Assembly (NCBI GenBank): GCA_963667725.2
Contig: CAXXHO010000003.1
Location: forward strand, 1,248,001 to 1,312,000
Source of the DNA: Treponemataceae bacterium
GTDB taxonomy: Bacteria > Spirochaetota > Spirochaetia > Treponematales > Rectinemataceae
DNA: 64,000 nucleotides
Direction of reading: 5' to 3'
Both the position numbers and the translations under genes were made by a program. Below the pieces are notes generated by a model. The model saw only the letters and a list, made by a program, of their open reading frames with translations. It had not been told where the DNA came from and made no database searches. Below are positions 10,022 through 16,932 of this stretch, piece by piece (the stretch's first letter is position 1; each line of letters starts with the position of its first letter).

Positions 10022-11860
10022 TTATTTCCCCCCGCCCGTAAATGCCGTGTCGGTTATTGCCGTGCCGGCGATCACGGCATCCGCGACGGCCCTGTCGGCA
10101 ATGGCCGCCGTCGCCGCGGGAATCGACGAAGCCTCCAGTTCCTGGAGCCCGGCGATTTCGGCGTAGAACCCATCTTTGTCGGCTATCAACGCTTCGTGCT
10201 TGCCATACTGGATCAATTTGCCGTCCGCAAGCACGAGTACCCTGTCGGCGTGCCTCAGCGTCGAAACGCGATGGGAAACGATGATGTTGGTCCTGTTCTT
10301 CCTCTCCACGAGAAGGTTCTGCAGAATCTTCTCCTCGGTCTCCGCGTCGACCGCCGAAAGCGCGTCGTCCAGGACGAGGATTTCCGGGTCCAGGGAAAGA
10401 GCGCGGGCAATCGCTATCCTTTGTTTCTGCCCGCCCGAAAGGGTCAATCCCTTCTCCCCCACGATCGTGTCCCAGCCCATCGGGAAGAGCTGGACATCGC
10501 GCTCGAGGGATGCTATGCGCGCGAGCTCGTTGAAACGTTCCTCGGACAGGTCCGGTTTGCCGAAAAGAATGTTTTTCCGCACGGAGGCGGAGAACAGGAA
10601 GGATTCTTGAGGAACGACGCCATAAGCCTTGCGGAGCGATGCGATCGAATAGGCGCAGATATCCTTCCCTCCGATGAAAATCCGGCCTTCTCCCGGATCG
10701 ATGAGCCTGGGCAGGACCTTGAGCAGGGTGGATTTTCCGCTGCCCACCCTGCCGAGGATGCCGAGCGTTTTCCCTTCCGGGATCTCGAAGGAAATTCCTT
10801 CCAGCGCCGGCCTTGAGGCGCCAGGGAAGGTGAAATCGAGGTTTCTCACGCTGAGGCCGCCGGAAGGCGGCTCCGTTATCGCGTTCTCGGCCTCCTTGAT
10901 TTCGCTCTTGGTATCGAGCACTTCGTTGATGCGTTTCAGGCTGGCCGCGCCCCTCTGTATGATATTTACGGTAAACCCGGCGCCCATGAGCGGCCAGATA
11001 AGCATTTCCAGGTAGGAAATCATGGCGATGATGTCGCCGGGACTCATCTTGTTCTTCAGCACCGAATCGCCGCCCACCAGTATGAGAATCGCCGTGCTTA
11101 TGCCTGCCAGGAAGGATATGAGCGGGAAAAAGAAACCGAAGGTCTTCACCAGGTCCATGGAGGCGTCTTTGTAGACATCGTTGGTCGTGGAAAATCTTTT
11201 GGAAAAATACCCTTCCTTCACGAAGGCCTTGACCACTCTCATGCCCGCGAAGGTTTCCTGGGCTATGTCCGAAAGCTTGGAATAGACTTCCTGCACCCGC
11301 TTGAACTGCCCTCCCACGAGCTTTCCGAAGAAAAGGATCAGCACGGTGATAAGCGGCAGGGGTATGATCGTGTAGAGGGCCACCGAGGTATTGTCCGAGA
11401 TCATGGCGATAAGGATCATCGATGACATGAAGACGCCGTCCACGAACGAAACGAAGCCCATTCCCATGGATTGGCGCACGGCGTTCATGTCGTTCGTCGC
11501 CCTGGCCATGAGATCGCCTGTCTTGTTGGCCTGATAGAACCCAGCCGACATTTCCATGAAATGGCCAAAAAGCTTGTCGCGCATCTCGGTCTCGATTTTC
11601 CGCGAGGCTCCGATGATGAAGTATCGCCAGAAGAATCTTCCAAGCGAGATGATCGCGGCGATGCCGATCATCCAGAGGGCTGGAGAAATGATCGCGGAGA
11701 GGGTGAAATTGCCCGCGGCAATGATATCCACCGCTTTTTTTACGAAACGCGGAATGAGGACCTGTGCGGCATCCACTATTAGAAGGAAAAATATGCCGAT
11801 ACTGTAGTTCCACTTGTATTTTTTTAGATACGGTATTATGGATCTGAATTCTTTGAACAT
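10022..11860 (-). CDS. Heterodimeric ABC exporter subunit (TMD+NBD)
   Basis: Walker A GRVGSGKST, signature LSGGQKQR, degenerate Walker B VLDDALS. MdlA/YheI-like. Confidence 0.92.
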   Translation of the reverse strand: MFKEFRSIIPYLKKYKWNYSIGIFFLLIVDAAQVLIPRFVKKAVDIIAAGNFTLSAIISPALWMIGIAAIISLGRFFWRYFIIGASRKIETEMRDKLFGHFMEMSAGFYQANKTGDLMARATNDMNAVRQSMGMGFVSFVDGVFMSSMILIAMISDNTSVALYTIIPLPLITVLILFFGKLVGGQFKRVQEVYSKLSDIAQETFAGMRVVKAFVKEGYFSKRFSTTNDVYKDASMDLVKTFGFFFPLISFLAGISTAILILVGGDSVLKNKMSPGDIIAMISYLEMLIWPLMGAGFTVNIIQRGAASLKRINEVLDTKSEIKEAENAITEPPSGGLSVRNLDFTFPGASRPALEGISFEIPEGKTLGILGRVGSGKSTLLKVLPRLIDPGEGRIFIGGKDICAYSIASLRKAYGVVPQESFLFSASVRKNILFGKPDLSEERFNELARIASLERDVQLFPMGWDTIVGEKGLTLSGGQKQRIAIARALSLDPEILVLDDALSAVDAETEEKILQNLLVERKNRTNIIVSHRVSTLRHADRVLVLADGKLIQYGKHEALIADKDGFYAEIAGLQELEASSIPAATAAIADRAVADAVIAGTAITDTAFTGGGK

Positions 11861-11952
11861 ATCCAGAGAGTTTACTGTTCCCGACTCCGAAAGACAATAC
11901 TTTTCACCTGCCCGGATTGCCCGGCGGAGGTTTTTCTGCCATAGTGTCGCCG

Positions 11953-12423
11953 ATGCAGGAAATCATCATTCACACAGACGGCGGATGCCATGGAAATCCG
12001 GGACCTGGAGCCTGGGCCTATGTCATGCGCTACGGCGAAAGGCTCCGCGAAGATAGCGGCAGCGAACCTGACACAACCAACAATCGAATGGAGCTGCGCG
12101 CCGTCATCGAGGCGCTTCACTTCATCGTCGCGCGCAAGGCGGAAGGCCAACGCCAGGGGACTTCCTGGGCCGATGCTCCCGTCCATGTCTTTACCGATTC
12201 CCAGTATGTCCGCAACGGCATTTTAAAGTGGATGTCGGGGTGGAAGCGCAACGGCTGGAAAACCGCCGACAAGAAGCCCGTCAAAAACAGGGAATTATGG
12301 GAGCAGCTGGACGCTCTTGTCTCCACGAGCCGGGCGGAATTCCATTGGGTGGAAGGGCACGCCGGCGTACCCGACAACGAACGCTGCGACACCCTCGTGC
12401 AGATGAGCATCGCCAACCGATAA
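11953..12423 (+). CDS. rnhA: Ribonuclease HI
   Basis: TDGGCHGNPGPG, TTNNRMEL, TDSQYV, WKRNGWKT, VKNRELW, WVEGHAG and NERCD. Confidence 0.96.
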   Translation: MQEIIIHTDGGCHGNPGPGAWAYVMRYGERLREDSGSEPDTTNNRMELRAVIEALHFIVARKAEGQRQGTSWADAPVHVFTDSQYVRNGILKWMSGWKRNGWKTADKKPVKNRELWEQLDALVSTSRAEFHWVEGHAGVPDNERCDTLVQMSIANR

Positions 12424-12505
12424 AAAGATGCTGGATACGTGTTGACATAGCCTCCCGATAAGTATGAAATGTATTGTCTTTCGGCGAGATCAAAGGAGTT
12501 TTACA

Positions 12506-12697
12506 ATGATAGGAACGACGGAAATAATAGTGATCGTGGCGGTGATATTGGTGCTCTTCGGGGCTAGCGCCATCCCCAAGTTCGCCCGCTCGCTCGGCGA
12601 AGCCAAGAAGGAATTCTCCAAGGCTATGAAGGACGGGGAAAGCGCGCAGGAGACAGGTTCCGGAAAAGATGAAGGCAAGAAAGATTCAAAAGTCTAA
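12506..12697 (+). CDS. tatA: Twin-arginine translocase TatA
   Basis: N-terminal TM ending LFG followed by amphipathic IPKFARSLGEAKKEF; AAGGAG RBS. Confidence 0.92.
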   Translation: MIGTTEIIVIVAVILVLFGASAIPKFARSLGEAKKEFSKAMKDGESAQETGSGKDEGKKDSKV

Positions 12698-12719
12698 AAC
12701 CGGCGATCCGGAAAAGACG

Positions 12720-13469
12720 ATGACCTCAGACCTAAAAAACCCCGGCAAGGTCATGCCTTTCATCGAGCATGTGAGGGAACTGCGCAAGCTCATATTCATC
12801 TCCATGGGCTCTTTTCTCGCATGCGCCATCGCGTCGTTCATTTTTTCTGATAAAATAATAGGTCTTTTCACCAGGCAGTTCAACGCCGTATCCAGCGCCG
12901 TCGAAAGCAAGCTTGTGGTGACGACTATCATCGAAGGCTTTTCCTCGCAGATGAAGATCGCCGTCTACGCAGGAATTATCCTTTCCTCGCCCGTCCACAT
13001 TTTCAATATTCTGCGTTTCGTCTTTCCGGGAGTGGAAAAACGCCATCAGCGAGTGATCCTCTGGACTTTATTCTCCAGTCTTGTCCTGATCGTATTCGGG
13101 GCTTATCTCGCCTACTTCAGGATCGTCCCTCTCGCCATCAGCTTTCTGACGAATCCCTACTTCATTCCTAAGAATGTGGGCTATTTGCTCAATTATCAGG
13201 CGAATATTTTCTATGTGTTCTCCTTCATACTCTGGTCCGTGCTCGCGCTCCAGACGCCCCTCCTCATGGAAGTTCTTCTCATGCTGAATATTCTGAAACG
13301 CAAGTCCGTATACAAGGCGAGCCGTTTCATAATCGTGGCGATATTCATCGCGTCCGCGATCATCACGCCCCCCGATTTCATAAGCCAGCTGGGCGTCGCC
13401 CTTCCCTTGACCACCCTCTATTTTCTCGCCCTTCTGATCGCGAAGATTTTCAAATTCGGAGAAAAATGA
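12720..13469 (+). CDS. tatC: Twin-arginine translocase TatC
   Basis: MPFIEHVRELRK, EGF, six TMs, ITPPDFISQ. Confidence 0.92.
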   Translation: MTSDLKNPGKVMPFIEHVRELRKLIFISMGSFLACAIASFIFSDKIIGLFTRQFNAVSSAVESKLVVTTIIEGFSSQMKIAVYAGIILSSPVHIFNILRFVFPGVEKRHQRVILWTLFSSLVLIVFGAYLAYFRIVPLAISFLTNPYFIPKNVGYLLNYQANIFYVFSFILWSVLALQTPLLMEVLLMLNILKRKSVYKASRFIIVAIFIASAIITPPDFISQLGVALPLTTLYFLALLIAKIFKFGEK

Positions 13470-13798
13470 TGTTTGGCATAGGTTTTTCAGAATTAGCCAT
13501 TATCGTTCTCCTTATCATGATCGTCATACGTCCCGATGATTTGCCGGCTTTTTTCAGGAAACTTGGCCATTATTACGCGCAGGCAAAAAAGGTATTCAAG
13601 GAAATCACCGCCGTTAAGGACGATTTCATGAGGCAGATGGATATAACCGCTGCTATGCAGGATTCAGACAACCAAAAGACCGAAGAGAAGAAAACCGAGG
13701 CGCCCCCTCAAGCCTCTCCGTCACCGGAAAATCCTTCCAAGGATGATCCTGCGCGGGAAGAACTGGAAAAACTGGCCGAAGAAAGCCAAAGGGAATAA
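13466..13798 (+). CDS. tatB: Twin-arginine translocase TatB-like
   Basis: MFGIGFSELAIIVLLIMIVIRPDDLP resembles the TatB N-terminus; ATGA overlap with tatC. Confidence 0.8.
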   Translation: MMFGIGFSELAIIVLLIMIVIRPDDLPAFFRKLGHYYAQAKKVFKEITAVKDDFMRQMDITAAMQDSDNQKTEEKKTEAPPQASPSPENPSKDDPAREELEKLAEESQRE

Positions 13799-13849
13799 CG
13801 GGAAAGGTGGCTGTCATCCAGCCGCTTCCCCGCTATTCAATCTGACCGC

Positions 13850-14377
13850 TTATTCGTTATGGCAGGTGTTGCAGTTGGCGAGTGTCTCGGCATGATGGCA
13901 GGAATAACAGTAATTGACATTCGGCTTGGCTGCGCCATCGTCAGCCTTGAACGGCACTTCGTGCGGAGTATGGCACTCAGCGCATTCCACGATAGTCTTC
14001 GATTCGTGCGGCACATATACATGGGGATTCGCTTTTTCATCCCACTCCGTCACATAATCCGCCGTTCTCTCCGCGAGTTTCTCGAAAGGACCGTGGCATT
14101 TCAGGCAATAAGCCGAATCCTTGACGACACTTTCATCGGTGGCGCTCGAAACGGCATCCGAGGCGGGCTCTTCGGCCGCCTCGCTCGCACCGCTTGTGGC
14201 GTCGGCCGGCTGTACCGTTGTCGGCGTAGCCTGGACCTGAATCGTCTGAATGCCGGAATCGTAAACAAATCCCGTATCCGATCGTAGGTCCGACGAAGCG
14301 TAGCCGAACATCACGGCCGAGAGCGAGACGGCCGCGGCAATCGCGCAGTTCCGCATTATTTTTTCATTGAAAAACAT
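13850..14377 (-). CDS. Small exported tetraheme cytochrome c
   Basis: Four CxxCH motifs (CLKCH, CAECH, CYSCH, CNTCH), NPH/PH distal His candidates, and an N-terminal hydrophobic signal. Confidence 0.88.
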   Translation of the reverse strand: MFFNEKIMRNCAIAAAVSLSAVMFGYASSDLRSDTGFVYDSGIQTIQVQATPTTVQPADATSGASEAAEEPASDAVSSATDESVVKDSAYCLKCHGPFEKLAERTADYVTEWDEKANPHVYVPHESKTIVECAECHTPHEVPFKADDGAAKPNVNYCYSCHHAETLANCNTCHNE

Positions 14378-14508
14378 CTATGACTCCCGAAAATGAAGAA
14401 AGGCTTCGGCGGACTCGGAAAGTCCGCCGCGTTCATGCGTCAACGGCGAGAAAAGAAGGTTGATGACTTCCTCCTCCTCACCGTCGACCATGGAAAACAG
14501 GCTAGGTT

Positions 14509-16374
14509 TTATACAGACTCTTTTACGGCAGCGGCTCCGGCGATATATCCCTGGGTGAAGCAGCGGGCCAGACCGTGCTGGCTACATCCGGCCGCGGATT
14601 CGCCGCCGCAGTACAGGCCGGGAATCACTTCGCCGTCCATGCTCATGACCTGGCATTCCTGGCTGATTCTCAGGCCGGCGTAGGTATCGTGAACGGTGAT
14701 CGTAGCCCAGGCCGCGTAGAAAGGTCCCTCCGCTATCTTGTACTGGGGCTTCGGCTTATCGAAAGCCTCGTCCACGCCAAGATCCACCGCCTTATTGTAT
14801 TCGGCTACCGTCGCTTCAAGGTTGGCCGCGGGCATCTTCGCTTTCTGATAGGGACAGGCTTCGATCTTGGCCGCGAGTTCGGCGAGCGTGGGCGCGCTGA
14901 AGAAATAGTCGGGATGAACGGTTGTTCCGTCGATGACCCACTTCTCGCGCTTTACGGCCGCCGCGTCGAAGATGGCCCACTGAGGCCCTGCTGAGTAATC
15001 CGGAGCGGTAGAGCCTTCGTTGATGGCGAGGGCGGCGTCAGGATAGTTCATCGGGGCGTATTTTATGTTCTGGGCGTTGCGCCAATCGCCTTGGACGTAG
15101 GGCTTCAGGTATCCCTCGGTCGTTCCGTTCGGATAGCCGTCCTGCATCTCGTTGTAGAAGCGCTTGCCAACCTGATTGACGATGATAGCGTCCTGCCAGT
15201 TGCGGACATTCAGTCCCGTTGCCCTGACTTTCGGAAAGAGGGGGGACTCTTTCTTCCAGCCGACGTAGTTGGTCCTGGTGCCGATGATCGGGCGTTTTCT
15301 GAGAGCGCCGTTCCTGTCGAAGGTCTGGTTCGCCGTTCCCCAGAGGGTCGCGCCGATGGCCATGGCGGCGAGCTCGCCCGAAGCGTCCTGGGGCGAATAT
15401 TCGCCTCCGGCCAAGGGCATTTCCTCGGTGAGTCTGGGATCGAACATCCTGCGGAAATTGACGTGGCCCGTGCTTCCGCCGGTGCCGATGATAACGGCCT
15501 TCTTGGCTTTGATCGTCACTTCGGCGAGGTCGAGGCCCAGATTTCCGTCGGACCTAAAACTCTTGAGCGCAGTCGCGCTGCCGGGAAGAATCGTCGGAGT
15601 ATAGTTGGCCTGGATGCCCAATACCCTGCCGGAATCCGGACGTTCGCGGTAGATGGTGTTCATGTGGTAATTGAGCAGGAACTTCACGCCTGCCTTTCTG
15701 GCGCTGTCTTCCAGGGCGCGCATGAGAGCCGTACCGCCGGCTCCGGCAGGGCTTTCGGCGCTCTGTCCCTTGGTCCACACGCAATGGTGCTCGCGTTTCG
15801 CCGAAATTCCGACGGCATGGCCGCCGCTGTTATCGGGGGCTTTATCCACAAAAGGGACGCCCTGGGCGAGGAGGAACTCGAAAGTCTGTGCTTCGTTGTC
15901 GGCCAAGGCTCTCTGTACCGCCCTGTCGTTGTACCGGTAATCGGGCATGCCGCTCACTTCCACCACCGACCAGTCGGTGAGATCGCGGAACAGCGTCTCG
16001 GCATCGTCATTTATGCCGTATTTCTTCTGGAAGCTGGTTCCGCCTCCGAGGGGAACGTTGCCGCCCGAAATGATGGCATGACCGCCTATATCGTAATTCG
16101 CTTCCACGACGATGACGGACGCGCCCGCCTGAGCGGCCCTGATCGCGGCCGGAAGTCCGACGGCACCGGCTCCCAGCACCACGACGTCGGCCTCCAGATC
16201 CCATTCCCTGGGCAGATCGGCGGGGGTCGGCTTAACGGTTTTCGCCTCGGCGACTTTGCCGGTATCAGCGGCCAAGGGCTGAACTATCGCGGCTCCGGCC
16301 ACGACCGCCGCTCCGGTTCCGACAAGTTTCACGAACTCCCTGCGGCTGATTCCTTTTTTTTCGTTTTCCTGCAT
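14509..16374 (-). CDS. Tat-exported FAD-dependent oxidoreductase (flavocytochrome c / FAD_binding_2 family), substrate unknown
   Basis: SRREFVK twin-arginine signal, DVVVLGAGAVG Rossmann motif, VNQVGKRFYNE and IPGLYCGGE. Confidence 0.88.
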   Translation of the reverse strand: MQENEKKGISRREFVKLVGTGAAVVAGAAIVQPLAADTGKVAEAKTVKPTPADLPREWDLEADVVVLGAGAVGLPAAIRAAQAGASVIVVEANYDIGGHAIISGGNVPLGGGTSFQKKYGINDDAETLFRDLTDWSVVEVSGMPDYRYNDRAVQRALADNEAQTFEFLLAQGVPFVDKAPDNSGGHAVGISAKREHHCVWTKGQSAESPAGAGGTALMRALEDSARKAGVKFLLNYHMNTIYRERPDSGRVLGIQANYTPTILPGSATALKSFRSDGNLGLDLAEVTIKAKKAVIIGTGGSTGHVNFRRMFDPRLTEEMPLAGGEYSPQDASGELAAMAIGATLWGTANQTFDRNGALRKRPIIGTRTNYVGWKKESPLFPKVRATGLNVRNWQDAIIVNQVGKRFYNEMQDGYPNGTTEGYLKPYVQGDWRNAQNIKYAPMNYPDAALAINEGSTAPDYSAGPQWAIFDAAAVKREKWVIDGTTVHPDYFFSAPTLAELAAKIEACPYQKAKMPAANLEATVAEYNKAVDLGVDEAFDKPKPQYKIAEGPFYAAWATITVHDTYAGLRISQECQVMSMDGEVIPGLYCGGESAAGCSQHGLARCFTQGYIAGAAAVKESV

Positions 16375-16490
16375 ACTCCCTCTTTTTCGGAAAATTAGAA
16401 TCTGCGCTGATTATATCGGCGAGATGCCATGAATCGGGATTTGACGATCAATGCTCGCGCCAAGGCAAGATCGATATAAAAAGCATGGAT

Positions 16491-16519
16491 AGCCTATATT
16501 CGGGATATTATATTGTCAA
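16491..16519 (-). promoter_or_regulatory. Sigma70-type promoter for the flavoprotein/cytochrome genes
   Basis: TTGACA-17 bp-TAGGCT on the minus strand in an AT-rich region. Confidence 0.55.
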
Positions 16520-16604
16520 CTAACTTTACAATAAAAATTTAGCGAAACATATTGATTACGTTGTATAGATTGAGCCCTGGGGTTAGCTGTTCAGGTGGGG
16601 AAGA

Positions 16605-16678
16605 TGGGACCAGAGGGGCTCGAACCCCCGACCTACTGCTTAGAAGGCAGTTGCTCTATCCAGTTGAGCTATGATCCC
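16605..16678 (-). tRNA. tRNA-Arg(UCU)
   Basis: Reverse complement folds as a cloverleaf; anticodon loop CT-TCT-AA; GTTCGAG T-loop; CCA not encoded. Confidence 0.95.
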
Positions 16679-16700
16679 AATCGACAATAAAGGCACGTAG

Positions 16701-16773
16701 TCGGGACGAGAGGATTTGAACCTCCGATCTTCTGCTCCCAAAGCAGACGCCTTAGCCCCTAGGCTACGTCCCG
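16701..16773 (-). tRNA. tRNA-Pro(UGG)
   Basis: CGGGACG acceptor stem, anticodon loop TT-TGG-GA, GTTCAAATC T-arm. Confidence 0.95.
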
Positions 16774-16843
16774 TTTTTTGCTATGGGGTACGCTAGACCG
16801 AATCAGCGGCCATTGTCAATATATCTTTTATAAAACACAACTG

Positions 16844-16871
16844 TTGACAGCCGGGAAATATGACTTATAAT
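16844..16871 (+). promoter_or_regulatory. Consensus sigma70 promoter upstream of the EF-G paralog
   Basis: TTGACA-16 bp-TATAAT. A divergent TTGACA at 16814-16819 probably serves the tRNAs. Confidence 0.7.
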
Positions 16872-16932
16872 ATTTGAGTTTCCTTATAAATAAATAGGGA
16901 TTACCATATCTGCCACCCTGCAAGGAGTCACT

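Noticed and set aside
10011..11897. 628-aa same-strand alternative-frame ORF over the ABC gene
   Set aside because: The frame starts on third codon positions, where high GC3 suppresses stop codons. The product is Arg/Gly/Pro/His-rich with no motifs.
14290..14320. Possible decayed lipobox in the cytochrome (MFGYAS versus MFGCAS)
   Set aside because: Single-codon speculation that cannot be supported without homologs.
14378..14491. 37-aa minus-strand ORF (MVDGEEEEVINLL...) between the flavoprotein and the cytochrome
   Set aside because: No RBS. The region is better explained as a spacer with a GGCGGACT/AGTCCGCC hairpin at 14408-14428.
12424..16604. tRNA-Arg-integrated genomic island
   Set aside because: No integrase and no duplicated tRNA 3' end found near rnhA/tatA, so mobility is unsupported.
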